Origin: an uncultured Alphaproteobacteria bacterium
Lineage (GTDB): Bacteria; Pseudomonadota; Alphaproteobacteria; MPNO01; UBA2964
Reading direction: 5' to 3'
Length of the DNA: 64,000 bases
NCBI GenBank assembly: GCA_951812775.1
Contig: OX638326.1
Coordinates: forward strand, 4,015,897-4,079,896
Shown here: positions 1 through 10,488 of the stretch, one piece after another
How the letters are laid out: each line of letters opens with the position of its first letter
Position numbering within the stretch: the first letter of the stretch is position 1
Translations under genes and position numbers: made by a program
The notes under the pieces: generated by a model
The model's database searches: none
What the model saw: the letters and a program-made list of their open reading frames with translations, nothing else
What the model was told of the DNA's origin: nothing

Positions 1-1058
1 TCCCGACCGAGCAGCAGCACCGCTTTTTCCGCTTCGCCGAGTGTGTAGTTATGTGTGCAGAGTTTTCCGAGGTCCTGCCATTTGTCAGTTAAGATTTCGA
101 CAGCACGCGCTGTGTCCTCCCAGTCGGATGAAAGGACACCGAGCATTGAGATTTCGTTGAACAGCAATTTGTCGCTGTAGAAATTATTGAGCGCATTGTG
201 GGTTTTAACACCGGCGACCACGAGGGTTCCGCCTTTCTTGAGCATTTCAACGCCCTGGATCAGGGGCTCGGTCGATCCCATGGAAACATCCAGAACGATA
301 TCGGCTTTGCGCCCGGCGGTTAGCTCATGCACTCTTTCAACCGGATATTCTTCCTGAACATTGATTGTTGCATCCGCCCCGAGTTCTTTCGCAATTTCGA
401 GTCTGTATTCATCGGCACCGGTACCGGTGACAATTATTTGTCCGGCGCCCATTTCCTTGGCGACCAATGTTGCCAGCAGGCCACGTTGGCCTGGTCCCTC
501 AATGACGATGGTCTGGCCTTCGCGCAAATTGGGGCGGGCCCAGGCCCATCGTACTGCATTTGAGAGCGGGTTATTCAGGCTCATGATGTCGGTCGGAATA
601 TGGTCGGGAATTTTATGCATCCGTGACTTCGGGTGGAGGTAGAGATGTGATGCATATCCGCCCCAGAGATGCGGCTCATTGTCGAATCCCATTCGCAGCC
701 CATAACCCATATTGGCGTCGCAGAAGATTGGCCGCCCATCATGACAGGCGAGACATTCGCCACAGGGGATAGAGGTTTCGACGACAACACGATCACCTTC
801 TTTTACATTCCATTTTTTTGCGGCATTCGATCCAACTTTATCGATCCAGCCAAAAATTTCGTGCCCCGGTGTAATGGGTAACGTGCCGTGAGGAGTGCCT
901 ATGAAGTGTCCGTCATACTGTTCGTAATCGGTACCGCAGAGACCGGCGGCCTCTATTCGGAGAATTCCTTCGTCAGGGCCAATGTTGGGGATTGGAACCT
1001 CACGGGTTTCAAATTTGCGTTTCTCAACAAGTACAGCGGCATAGGCAGTCTCAGTCAT
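1..1058 (-). CDS. Zinc-binding (MDR family) alcohol dehydrogenase, 3' end runs off the window
   Basis: Absent from the ORF track because it has no stop in the window. Manual translation from ATG at 1058: MTETAYAAVL...GLCGTD...PGHE...CGECLAC...C...GPGQRG, giving catalytic and structural Zn ligands and a Rossmann motif, open to base 1. Confidence 0.85.
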   Translation of the reverse strand, partial: MTETAYAAVLVEKRKFETREVPIPNIGPDEGILRIEAAGLCGTDYEQYDGHFIGTPHGTLPITPGHEIFGWIDKVGSNAAKKWNVKEGDRVVVETSIPCGECLACHDGRPIFCDANMGYGLRMGFDNEPHLWGGYASHLYLHPKSRMHKIPDHIPTDIMSLNNPLSNAVRWAWARPNLREGQTIVIEGPGQRGLLATLVAKEMGAGQIIVTGTGADEYRLEIAKELGADATINVQEEYPVERVHELTAGRKADIVLDVSMGSTEPLIQGVEMLKKGGTLVVAGVKTHNALNNFYSDKLLFNEISMLGVLSSDWEDTARAVEILTDKWQDLGKLCTHNYTLGEAEKAVLLLGR

Positions 1059-1061
1059 AAA

Positions 1062-1892
1062 TTAGCTCCGTCCCCCGACAGCAATTTTGTCTGCCGTGGA
1101 ATTTGTGAATTTTGCGCGGGTATCTTCCATGAACTTTATGCAATCCGGATCGTAGTCGTGCTTGGGCTCCGGGTCGATCCCCCAGTTATTACCAATGTTT
1201 TCGCCCCTGAGCAGCATCGCCGTGGCGCCCTCGAAGCGCGTTTCCTTTACGTGAGGAGCAACGTAGTGGATCGAAAAACCGACGCGTGGATGATTTGCGT
1301 TGTTGGGGCCGGAACCATGAACAACGCTTTCGTGATGCAGGATGACTTGACCGGCATTAACTTCGGCGAAGACTGCCTCGTCTTCCGGAACGTCGACGAC
1401 TGTTTGACCTTGTTGGACCAGATTGTGTTCATGCATTTTAATTTCGTGGACAGCAGGTGGGCCTTTGTGCGTGCCTGGAATGTACTGAACACAGCCTGAT
1501 TCGACTGTTGAATCATTGAAGGCGAGCCAAGCGGTGACAGTTTCTGCTGGTTCTAGACCGTAATAAAAGCTGTCCGTGTGCCAGGAAACAAATCGCGGGT
1601 CATTGGCTTTCTTGGTAAAGAATGATGCTCCCCAGCAAAGGATATTGGGGCCGAGGATATCCTCGACGGCGTCCAAAAGTTTCTCGTTTTTCACGACGTC
1701 GCACAGCCAGGGAAACGGGAGGTGTGCTTTAATACGAAATTTGACCTGGGGCTCGTGACCAAGTTTCTCCTCCATGGCAGCAAATTTGTCGTGCAACACG
1801 GCGGCCTCTTCACGGCTGTAGGCGTCAACGGGAAATAGAAATCCGTTTCGATCAAACTCCTGAACCTGCTGCTCTGTAAGCACTTTTGGCAT
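1062..1892 (-). CDS. Phytanoyl-CoA dioxygenase (PhyH) family Fe(II)/2OG oxygenase
   Basis: WHTD (HxD) motif, distal HGS and R; N-terminal LTEQQVQEFDRNGF typical of PhyH. Confidence 0.85.
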   Translation of the reverse strand: MPKVLTEQQVQEFDRNGFLFPVDAYSREEAAVLHDKFAAMEEKLGHEPQVKFRIKAHLPFPWLCDVVKNEKLLDAVEDILGPNILCWGASFFTKKANDPRFVSWHTDSFYYGLEPAETVTAWLAFNDSTVESGCVQYIPGTHKGPPAVHEIKMHEHNLVQQGQTVVDVPEDEAVFAEVNAGQVILHHESVVHGSGPNNANHPRVGFSIHYVAPHVKETRFEGATAMLLRGENIGNNWGIDPEPKHDYDPDCIKFMEDTRAKFTNSTADKIAVGGRS

Positions 1893-2010
1893 CTACGCCT
1901 CCTTGTCTCTGTGTTCTTTTTCTTATTTTGACTTGAATTAGGGCGAATACCAATAGGTCGATCGTCAGCTAACAAAACAGGCTATAATGGTTTCAACAAA
2001 GGAGATTGAA

Positions 2011-2454
2011 ATGACAGATAAAAAGGCGCGTGCCCTCGGTATCAACCATATCGTCCTTGAAGTCGGTGATCTCGACGAAGCACTCGAGTTTTATGGTACG
2101 TTGTTCGATTTCAGCCTGCGCGGCAGAAATGAACATAATGCCTTCATTGATCTTGGCGATCAGTTTATTCAGTTGCGCCTAGGCCGCACGCAAGAGGCGG
2201 ATGGCGCACGGCATTTCGGCTTTGTTGTCGACGACCGGGAACCCGTAAAACAGGCTTTGGAGGAAATGGGCGTCGAAATGCTCGAGCGGGGTATGAACTT
2301 TCGTGACCCCTGGGGTAATCGCGTCGAGATTGTCCCTTATGATGATATTCAGTTTACCAAGGCACCAAACATATTGCGGGGTATGGGGTTAGAGGGGCTT
2401 GAGAAAACGCCTGACGCCGTCGAGGAGCTTAAAAAAAAGAATATGGCGCCTTAG
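2011..2454 (+). CDS. VOC (glyoxalase/extradiol dioxygenase) family protein
   Basis: GINHIVLEV...HFGF...DPWGNRVE; GGAG SD before ATG 2011. Confidence 0.85.
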   Translation: MTDKKARALGINHIVLEVGDLDEALEFYGTLFDFSLRGRNEHNAFIDLGDQFIQLRLGRTQEADGARHFGFVVDDREPVKQALEEMGVEMLERGMNFRDPWGNRVEIVPYDDIQFTKAPNILRGMGLEGLEKTPDAVEELKKKNMAP

Positions 2455-2548
2455 TCCGGGTGGTTGGTAACGAAACCGTTATTGGCAGTTCGGTAGACGA
2501 GCTGCATATTGGAAATAAGAAAGCAGGCGGGGCAAAGGAGACAGGATC

Positions 2549-4090
2549 ATGGATAACATGAGCATGGAAAAGACATTCGACTTTATCCAAACCGCAAATG
2601 ACGTCCTGATTTCACTCGTCGTATTCGTGATTGGCGTCGGAATCGTTGTGGTTGCGGTTCTATATGTCATCGATGTCACGCAAACCAAACAGGCCGTGCG
2701 CCGCAACTTTCCTGTCGTTGGACGGTTCCGCTATTTGTTCGAACATATGGGCGAGTTCTTCCGTCAGTATTTCTTTGCGATGGATCGTGAGGAAATGCCG
2801 TTCAATCGTGCGCAGCGGTCATGGGTTTATCGTGCGGCAAAGAATGTCAGCACGCAGCTCGCTTTCGGGTCGACCCGCGATATTACCCCAGCAGGAACAA
2901 TTTTTTTTGTGAATTGTCCATTTCCGACATTGGAGGTTGATGCCGCAGACCCGGGTGAAGTGACGGTAGGGCCTTATTGCGAAAAGCCTTACACGACGAG
3001 TTCATTCTTTAATGTTTCCGGCATGAGTTACGGCGCCATTTCCGAACCAGCTGTAAGAGCTCTTTCCAACGGTGCTAAAGCGGCAGGCAGTTGGATGAAT
3101 ACCGGTGAAGGTGGACTATCACCGTTTCACCTCGAAGGTGGATGCGACATTGTTTTTCAGTTGGGTACCGCGAAATACGGCGTGCGTGATATGGATGGTA
3201 GTCTCTCTGATGAGAAACTTCAGCAAGTAGCCGCACACGAGCAGGTGCGGATGTTCGAGATCAAGCTGAGCCAGGGCGCTAAACCGGGCAAGGGCGGGAT
3301 TCTTCCCGGCGGTAAAGTGACAGCAGAAATTGCTGCCATCCGTGGCATACCGCAGGGACAGGATTCGATTAGTCCCAACCGTCACCCAGACATCAACAAT
3401 GTCGATGATATGCTCGATATGATTGAACGCATCCGAAAAGTGACGGGCAAACCGGTCGGCATAAAATGTGTTATCGGCGCCTATGGCTGGCTCGACGGAT
3501 TGTTCGATGCTGTCACCGCCCGCGGCATTGAAAGTGCTCCCGACTTTATCACCGTTGATTCTGGAGATGGTGGAACAGGTGCGGCACCCATGGCTCTGCT
3601 CGATTATGTTGGCCTGCCGGTTAGGGAAAGCCTGCCGATGGTTGTAGATACGCTGACGCGGCACGGTCTCAAAGAACGGGTGAAAGTAATCTCGTCTGGA
3701 AAGTTGGTTACACCGGAAGAAGTCGCCTGGGCATTGTCATGCGGCGCAGATTTTGTCGTATCCGCCCGCGGTTTCATGTTTGCGCTCGGCTGCATTCAGG
3801 CACTGCAATGTGACAAGAATACCTGCCCGACGGGGATCACGACACATAACAGGCGTTTACAACAGGGTCTTGACCCCACCGACAAAGCCGAGCGTGTGAA
3901 GAATTACATCAAGACCATGCGGAAAGAGGTTGGCATTATCGCTCATTCTTGCGGCGTCAAAGAAGCGAGGCATTTGCGCCGATATCACTGTCGTGTCGTG
4001 ATGGCAGACGGAAAATCGAAAGCGCTTGATGAAATTTTCCCCGAACATCGGACGCCTGGCGCCAAATCAGAAGATGACGCAGCCGCTTGA
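2549..4090 (+). CDS. FMN-binding glutamate synthase family protein
   Basis: MSYGA, NTGEGG, EIKLSQGAKPGKGG, GCIQALQCDKNTCPTG [3Fe-4S] motif; N-terminal TM helix. Confidence 0.9.
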   Translation: MDNMSMEKTFDFIQTANDVLISLVVFVIGVGIVVVAVLYVIDVTQTKQAVRRNFPVVGRFRYLFEHMGEFFRQYFFAMDREEMPFNRAQRSWVYRAAKNVSTQLAFGSTRDITPAGTIFFVNCPFPTLEVDAADPGEVTVGPYCEKPYTTSSFFNVSGMSYGAISEPAVRALSNGAKAAGSWMNTGEGGLSPFHLEGGCDIVFQLGTAKYGVRDMDGSLSDEKLQQVAAHEQVRMFEIKLSQGAKPGKGGILPGGKVTAEIAAIRGIPQGQDSISPNRHPDINNVDDMLDMIERIRKVTGKPVGIKCVIGAYGWLDGLFDAVTARGIESAPDFITVDSGDGGTGAAPMALLDYVGLPVRESLPMVVDTLTRHGLKERVKVISSGKLVTPEEVAWALSCGADFVVSARGFMFALGCIQALQCDKNTCPTGITTHNRRLQQGLDPTDKAERVKNYIKTMRKEVGIIAHSCGVKEARHLRRYHCRVVMADGKSKALDEIFPEHRTPGAKSEDDAAA

Positions 4091-4157
4091 GGACTGGCGT
4101 CGGATCACCTAATCGATCATTATTGGCCATCGATAAAGCGTTTACACAGGTGACTGT

Positions 4158-4677
4158 ATGTCCGGTTTTAAAAGCGACGCCTTCAAAGGCGTCGATACCA
4201 TTAATTATGAGCCTCCTCGGCGCGTCGCCACGACAGGAATCCTTCATTTTACAATTGGGGTAACCGATCTCGAAGTATCTCGAAGATTTTACGAAGACGT
4301 GGTGGGCTGCACCTATTGGCGACAGAACGACACGACGGTCTTTATGAATGCGGGGGACGACTATTTTGTCCTCTCGCGTACAGGATATCATCAGCCGCCC
4401 AATAAACCCGGAGATTCCCTGATCCATCACGCCTTTATGGTTGAGAGTGCGGATTTTGGCAGCGATGTCTCATCTTGAAGATCAGGGGGTAGAGGTTCTG
4501 CTTTATGAGGATACCGGACATCGTAGTTTCTCGGGCAGACACGCCTATTTTCATGATCCGGACGGTAACGGTATCGAGATCATTGATTTTGAAGGTGTTG
4601 GCGATACTTCGGCGGAGCCTTATCAGGGCCGCAAACGCCGATTGCCAAAATCACATTTGCCATCGGTAGACGGATAA
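4158..4677 (+). pseudogene. VOC family protein, frameshifted near 4455
   Basis: N-half (ILHFTIGV...HHAF) and C-half (YFHDPDGNGIE) lie in different frames. Confidence 0.75.
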
Positions 4678-4686
4678 AGGTTTGCC

Positions 4687-5877
4687 ATGGAAGGTAGTAC
4701 AATGTCTGCCAAGGAATTATCGCATGAGGAGGTTGTTGGTCGCGCCACCGACTTGGTTCCTTTTTTGCGAGAGAAGGCCGCCGAAACCGAACAAAACCGA
4801 TCAATGTTGCCGGAGGTTTTTGACCGGTTAAACAATCAAGGTCTGTTTGGAATTACATTAGCACCCGGCCTCGGGGGGCTGGGGATGGGGTTGCCGACCC
4901 ATCTTGAAGCCGTGATGGAAACCGCCCGCGGTTGTGGCTCGACCGCGTGGCTCCATAGCCTGATCGGGAATCAAAATTATCTTGTCGGCTGGTACCCACC
5001 GGCTGCGCAGGAAGAAGTTCGTGCCGCTGGAGGCAGTTTGTTCACCTGTTTGGTTATGGGGGCAACGATCACAGCTGATCGAGCAAATGGCGGTGTTCGA
5101 CTGACCGGGAGCTGGCCATATGTGTCTGGCGTAGATCAGGCGAACTGGTTGATGTTAAGTGCGCATGACCCTGATGAACCGAAACGGAATCTCACCTGTC
5201 TGGTGCCTAAATCGGCGGTGTCGGTAACAGATGATTGGTACTGCCTTGGCATGAAGGGGACCGGCAGTAAAACAGTGTCTCTCGACGATGAATTTGTGCC
5301 TGATCATCGCGTTCTGTGTTTCCGCGAGGCGGAACAGAACGGTATCCCTGGATCAGCGGTAAATGACGGTCTCCTCTACAAGACAAGTCCAAATTCGACC
5401 GTATTTTCTTTTGTCGTTGCGTCCCCGGCGGTCGGTTTGGCTGCCGCCGCAATTGAAGACTATCGAGGACGCCTGAAAAGTCGGACGAATGCAAGAATGC
5501 CATCCGCACAATCAGAATGGGCGTCATCGCAGGAGCGGCTTGGCCGGGCTCAAACACAGTGCGCTATCGCAAAAGCCACAGTCCTCGATTGCGCCCACGC
5601 GTTAATGGAACAGCTTGAACAGGGGCAACGCATTTCGGTTGAATATCGGGTTCGCTATCGTATGAAGATGGTCGAAATCGTCCGTCTCTGCAGTGAGCTT
5701 GTTTACGATTTGTTTTGCGATGCCGGTACGGGCGTTATGATGGAAGGTAACGAATTACAACGGGCCTTTCGGGATATTCACGTTTTGCGGAGTCATTTTG
5801 TGATTTTACCGGAATTTGCAGCGGTGAATGCTGGCCGGATCCAACTCGACCTGGATCCTACGGGACCGTTTGTTTAG
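4687..5877 (+). CDS. Acyl-CoA dehydrogenase-fold flavin-dependent monooxygenase (HsaA/C2-like)
   Basis: ARGCGSTAW, W.YVSGVD, DDW..LGMKGTGS, LQRAFRDIH. Confidence 0.85.
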   Translation: MEGSTMSAKELSHEEVVGRATDLVPFLREKAAETEQNRSMLPEVFDRLNNQGLFGITLAPGLGGLGMGLPTHLEAVMETARGCGSTAWLHSLIGNQNYLVGWYPPAAQEEVRAAGGSLFTCLVMGATITADRANGGVRLTGSWPYVSGVDQANWLMLSAHDPDEPKRNLTCLVPKSAVSVTDDWYCLGMKGTGSKTVSLDDEFVPDHRVLCFREAEQNGIPGSAVNDGLLYKTSPNSTVFSFVVASPAVGLAAAAIEDYRGRLKSRTNARMPSAQSEWASSQERLGRAQTQCAIAKATVLDCAHALMEQLEQGQRISVEYRVRYRMKMVEIVRLCSELVYDLFCDAGTGVMMEGNELQRAFRDIHVLRSHFVILPEFAAVNAGRIQLDLDPTGPFV

Positions 5878-5892
5878 TGAGGAGGACGCCAG

Positions 5893-6402
5893 GTGGTTGA
5901 TGAAGATTTCGAATTAATTGCTGCAGAACTGGTACCGTCACGAAAAGCGGAGTTCATGGAAGCTCTGGCGGAGTGTTCTTCAATAATTCGGGATGGATTT
6001 GAATTATGGAATGGACTTCGCGGTGACCACGTCATTCCAAGGCGTCGAGATTTTGATCCCTTTGATGCCCGGGCGTTGATGCCGCATATTGTGCTATTGG
6101 ATGTTCAGGCAGAACCCCGTGATTTTCGGTACCGGGTTATAGGCACGTGTGTGTCAGAACATTTTACGAAGAACTGGACTGGGCATTGGATGTCCGAGAT
6201 TGATCACCAGAAGCCACCGAGCAGGGTATGGGATACATGTCATCGTGTCGCTACGAACCGCTATCCAATTTTGGGAAAAGTACCCTATGTTGGACCGAAT
6301 TCGGAATTTATCTTTAGCGAGGATTTGATCTTGCCGCTGGTCAATGGGCAGGATGAGGTTGTGAATCTTCTCGTTTTCCTTTCCTATATTCGCAAAGAAT
6401 AA
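5893..6402 (+). CDS. Standalone PAS-domain (PAS_5-like) protein
   Basis: W..LRG...PRRRDFDP...LMPHIVLLDV...FRYRVIGT...LILPL pattern. Confidence 0.7.
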   Translation: MVDEDFELIAAELVPSRKAEFMEALAECSSIIRDGFELWNGLRGDHVIPRRRDFDPFDARALMPHIVLLDVQAEPRDFRYRVIGTCVSEHFTKNWTGHWMSEIDHQKPPSRVWDTCHRVATNRYPILGKVPYVGPNSEFIFSEDLILPLVNGQDEVVNLLVFLSYIRKE

Positions 6403-6440
6403 CGAGTGGCTTCGTCTAGACGTTAAAGAGTGGATTGATC

Positions 6441-7655
6441 ATGCCTGATGCGGCTGAACGCACAGATGTTTCCCGCGAAGAATTAGCGGAAAGGGCACGT
6501 GCCCTTGTGCCTGTTTTACGGGAGCGGGCGCCGTCGGCCGAGCAAGACCGGCGTGTGCCTGATGTGACACACAAGGAATTTGTAGAAGCTGGATTTTACA
6601 AAATGTTTCAGCCGCGGCGTTACGGCGGCTACGAAATGAGCTGGGACTGCATTCTTGATGTTGCGTCGGAACTTGGGCGAGGCTGCGGGTCGAGCTGCTG
6701 GGTATTTACCAATCTTACCGGCCAGAGCTGGATCAATGGCATGAAGTGCGAGCAAGCACAGGATGACGTTTGGAAAAACGATCCAGATGCCGTTATCGCT
6801 TCGTCCTTTCCGGGGAAAGGCGCCACGGTAAAGGTAGTTGAGGGTGGCTGGGTTGCCGATGGTATGTGGGGATTTTCCAGCGGTATCGATTTTGCCGATT
6901 GGAGCAATGTGCAGTTATTTGTTCCACAGGAAAATGGCCCTCCGCAGCATCAGTTCGCACTGGTCCCAAAAACCGACTTCGCAGAAATGGTGGATGACTG
7001 GAATCCGAGTGGCCTGGCAGCCACTGGCAGCCGTTCCTTTGTTCTGAAGGATGTATTTATTCCCGAGCATCGTGCGATTGCTGCCGGAGAGGTGCAGGGT
7101 GGTGCGACGCCAGGCAGCGATGTAAATCCCAACCCGCTCTATAAAATTCCGCTTTTTGCGATGGGTACCAAACAATTTGCATCGACCGCGCTTGGCATCG
7201 CGCTTGGTGCCCTGGATGCAATGTGGACCGATCTCTCGACCCGGAAATCGGTTGGCGGGATTAAGTTAAGCGAGCAAGGGACTGTGCAGGCGCGAGTTGC
7301 TGAAGCAAGTGCAGAAATAGAAGCGGCGCGAGCGCTAATGCTGGAAGATTTTCGGGAGAGTAATCTGGTAGCTGCCAGTGGTGAACCACCTACTCAGGAA
7401 CAGCGGGCCCGTTGGCGCCGCAACAACGCATTTGCGGGGAAGCTTTGTGTGCAAGCGGTTGAACGACTGTTTCCGTTGGCCGGAGGACGGGGCCTTGGTT
7501 TTGACAGCCCGTATCAGCGCGCCGTCAGGGACGTTCATGCCGCTACTTCACAGAACAGCATGGCCTGGGATGTCGCTGCAATTATGTATGCCCAGCATCG
7601 GTTTGGCGCGGTAATTTCTGACCCATGCTATTTTCCAGACGCCAAAAAGGATTGA
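6441..7655 (+). CDS. Acyl-CoA dehydrogenase-fold flavin-dependent monooxygenase (HsaA-like)
   Basis: QPRRYGGYE, GRGCGSSCW, FSSGID, DDW..SGLAATGS, QRAVRDVHA. Confidence 0.85.
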   Translation: MPDAAERTDVSREELAERARALVPVLRERAPSAEQDRRVPDVTHKEFVEAGFYKMFQPRRYGGYEMSWDCILDVASELGRGCGSSCWVFTNLTGQSWINGMKCEQAQDDVWKNDPDAVIASSFPGKGATVKVVEGGWVADGMWGFSSGIDFADWSNVQLFVPQENGPPQHQFALVPKTDFAEMVDDWNPSGLAATGSRSFVLKDVFIPEHRAIAAGEVQGGATPGSDVNPNPLYKIPLFAMGTKQFASTALGIALGALDAMWTDLSTRKSVGGIKLSEQGTVQARVAEASAEIEAARALMLEDFRESNLVAASGEPPTQEQRARWRRNNAFAGKLCVQAVERLFPLAGGRGLGFDSPYQRAVRDVHAATSQNSMAWDVAAIMYAQHRFGAVISDPCYFPDAKKD

Positions 7656-7693
7656 TCGGCTATAATCCGGCTAACGAATTTTAGGAGAACGTA

Positions 7694-8173
7694 ATGGCTA
7701 AGCTAAGACACATCGCGATGTCGGTGGATGACCCGGAGAAAACGGCAGATTTTTATTGCGAAGCCTTTGATATGGAACGGGTCGGGACGACTGACTCGCC
7801 GCTTGCCAAGGGGTGTTACGTTTCTGATGGTGTAATCACCGTCGCGCTTTTGAAATACAAGTCGGATCACTGGGCAGGCTATGTCGATGGGGAAGACGAG
7901 CGCGGTAAAGATTATGTCGGGCTTCACCATATCGGCTTTTGGGTCGATGACGCGGAAGAAGCAGAGAAAAAGATCGAAAAAGCTGGCGGTAAGTATTTTA
8001 TGGGTCGACCCGACCAAAAAGCGCCGACGACATTCTATGAAATAAAATATCGTGATCCTAATGGCGTGATTTTTGATGTAACCCATTTAGGGTGGGGTGG
8101 CGCGACCAAAGATGTTGTTCCAGCGCAGGGAACCCCCCAACCTCCAAGCCGAGGTCACCCAAAAGACAACTGA
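7694..8173 (+). CDS. VOC family protein
   Basis: LRHIAM...GLHHIGF...DPNGVIFD. Confidence 0.85.
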   Translation: MAKLRHIAMSVDDPEKTADFYCEAFDMERVGTTDSPLAKGCYVSDGVITVALLKYKSDHWAGYVDGEDERGKDYVGLHHIGFWVDDAEEAEKKIEKAGGKYFMGRPDQKAPTTFYEIKYRDPNGVIFDVTHLGWGGATKDVVPAQGTPQPPSRGHPKDN

Positions 8174-10081
8174 TTAACTCGCCGCGGCGGTTTCAGCGGT
8201 TTCGAGTTCTTCCTGGAGTTCAAGCCAGGCTTCTTCGGCATCGGCCAGGGCTTTTGCAGCATATCCTGCTTCAACTTGAAGTGACTTGAGCGTCTCGTTG
8301 TCGCCCTTTTCGTATAGTTCAGGGTCGGCAAGGGCGGTTTGCAGTCTCTCAGTCTCAGTCGTTAGTTTGGTTACTTTGTCTTCGGCGCGTTTGACACGTT
8401 TGCGCAGGGGGGCAAGCTCGTTGCGTTTTTCGGCTGCCAACCGGCGTTGTTCTTTCTTGGATATCTCAGGTGCCACGGGCGCCGTCGGCTCATTCGTTTT
8501 TCCTGGCTTCTCGCTGTTCTTCGGCGGTTTTGTCAGAAGTTTCCGATAATCATCGAGATCGCCTTCGTAAGGCGCGACGGTACCCTGATCGACAAGCCAC
8601 AACCGATCAGCGGTCAATTCAATGACATGCGGGTCATGACTGACAATCACCACAGCACCTTCAAACGCATTGATGGCCTGAACAAGTGCTTCACGGGCAA
8701 CAACGTCGAGATGGTTAGTTGGTTCATCCAGTAGCAGGATGTGCGGGTCATCGCAGCTCATCATGGCGAAGAGAAGTCGGGCTTTTTCACCACCCGACAG
8801 ATCACCTGTTCTGGTGTCGGCGCGTTCCTGCGAAAAGCCAAAACGGCCGAGGTGGCTGCGGAGTTTTACCTCCAGATCCTTGGGGCGTTTCCGAGACAGT
8901 TCAATTAATGGCGTGGCACTAAAATCAAGTTCATCAGTTTGGTGCTGTGCAAAATATCCGACGCGTAGCTTTTTTGACCGAACAACATGACCTGACATCG
9001 CTTCAAGGCGACCAGCGAGCAATTTTATCAGGGTCGATTTGCCATTGCCATTGGCGCCAAGCAAGGCAACCCGATCATCAAGATCGAGTCGGAAAGAGAC
9101 TTTATTAAGGACGGCTGTGCCGTCATATCCAATCGAAGCGTTGTCGATACTGTACAGCGGCGGTGCGAGGGGTTTCGGGTCGGGAAATGTAAAGGCGACC
9201 GAGCCATCTTCAGTCCGTTCTGGCAGAGGTTCCATGCGTTCCAGCATCTTGAGGCGGGATTGCGCCTGACGGGCCTTGGTTGCTTTGTAACGGAAGCGGT
9301 CGACAAACTTCTGGATATGCGCCCGTTGTGCTTCTTGGCGGGCGCACTCTGAAGCGATGCGTTCAAGCTGGGCACGAAACCCCACCTCAAACCGATCATA
9401 GCCGCCGGTATAGAGTTTGAGCCGCGTATCATCCAGATGAAGGATCTGGTTCACCACCCGGTTCAATAAGCCGCGATCATGGCTGACGATGAGAATCGTC
9501 CCTTGATAGCGCTTAAGATATTCTTCCAGCCAAAGACAGGCTTCGAGATCGAGATGGTTCGTCGGCTCATCTAGCAGCAATAGGTCCGGCTGGGTGAAAA
9601 GTAACCCCGCAAGGGCAACGCGCATTCGCCAGCCGCCTGAAAACTCATCGCAGGGGCGCTGCATTTCAGCTTCGGAGAATCCTAACCCCGCGAGAATACG
9701 GGCCGCACGAGATTGAGCACGGTGAGCCTCTTTCTCATGCAGCCGTGTGTGAATCTCGGCGATGCGATCTGGATCTGTCGCGGTTTCCGCTTCCTGATTG
9801 AGTTTGACCAGCTCCCGGTCGGCAGACATTACAGTGTCGACGAGATTTTGGGTGCCGCTTGGCGCTTCCTGACGGGTAATGCCGATCCGCCAGCGTTTTG
9901 GATAGTCGATGACCCCGGTATCAGGAATGATTGACCCCGTGATCATGTTGAGAAGGGTGGTCTTTCCAGCACCATTGCGCCCAACGAACCCCACGCGGTG
10001 GCCTTCATTGATAGCCGCATCAGCGTTATTAAACAGGGTCCGGGGGCCGATCCGGTATGTCAGCCCTTCAATGCGCAACAT
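8174..10081 (-). CDS. ABC-F family ATP-binding protein
   Basis: Two ABC cassettes (GRNGAGKTT, FSGGW, LLLDEPTNHLD; GANGNGKST, LSGGE), no TM domain, C-terminal coiled coil. Confidence 0.93.
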   Translation of the reverse strand: MLRIEGLTYRIGPRTLFNNADAAINEGHRVGFVGRNGAGKTTLLNMITGSIIPDTGVIDYPKRWRIGITRQEAPSGTQNLVDTVMSADRELVKLNQEAETATDPDRIAEIHTRLHEKEAHRAQSRAARILAGLGFSEAEMQRPCDEFSGGWRMRVALAGLLFTQPDLLLLDEPTNHLDLEACLWLEEYLKRYQGTILIVSHDRGLLNRVVNQILHLDDTRLKLYTGGYDRFEVGFRAQLERIASECARQEAQRAHIQKFVDRFRYKATKARQAQSRLKMLERMEPLPERTEDGSVAFTFPDPKPLAPPLYSIDNASIGYDGTAVLNKVSFRLDLDDRVALLGANGNGKSTLIKLLAGRLEAMSGHVVRSKKLRVGYFAQHQTDELDFSATPLIELSRKRPKDLEVKLRSHLGRFGFSQERADTRTGDLSGGEKARLLFAMMSCDDPHILLLDEPTNHLDVVAREALVQAINAFEGAVVIVSHDPHVIELTADRLWLVDQGTVAPYEGDLDDYRKLLTKPPKNSEKPGKTNEPTAPVAPEISKKEQRRLAAEKRNELAPLRKRVKRAEDKVTKLTTETERLQTALADPELYEKGDNETLKSLQVEAGYAAKALADAEEAWLELQEELETAETAAAS

Positions 10082-10111
10082 GGGGTGTCGTCTTCCGTGG
10101 AGACTGGTCGC

Positions 10112-10360
10112 TTATTCTTCCGGCGGCAGGATTTCGACAGTGCAGATATCAGCGGTCAGGTGTCCACGCCCGATATCCTCAAGATGAAGACGTTTTTGTT
10201 CGTTAGACAAGGCCTGTCCCAATCCTTGAGTCATCATGAGAACGATCGAACGATCCGCCATATCAAGCCAATAGCTGCGTCGTGCCAACTTGCCATCAGC
10301 ATCGCGCGCAAACGGGTTGTTGGGGTCCTGTCCCATATCTGGTTCGTAGAATTTGGCCAT
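10112..10360 (-). CDS. Small hypothetical protein
   Basis: ORF MAKFYEPDMGQDPNNPFARD... preceded by GAG; fills the intergenic space, co-oriented with the ABC-F gene. Confidence 0.6.
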   Translation of the reverse strand: MAKFYEPDMGQDPNNPFARDADGKLARRSYWLDMADRSIVLMMTQGLGQALSNEQKRLHLEDIGRGHLTADICTVEILPPEE

Positions 10361-10488
10361 GATCTCTATTCGTTCAATTAGGTGGAGCGCTAAATTGCCC
10401 AGCTTTTCCGGCAATCGCAAGGGCACAATTTTGCAACAAGCCGGATTTACGTTAGCTTGCGCAAAATTCATTTGTGAAAGGATCGATT

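Noticed and set aside
888-1499. Long antisense or alternate-frame ORFs (also 21345-21950, 49887-50588, 54764-55387)
   Set aside because: Shadows of well-supported genes, with no recognisable motifs
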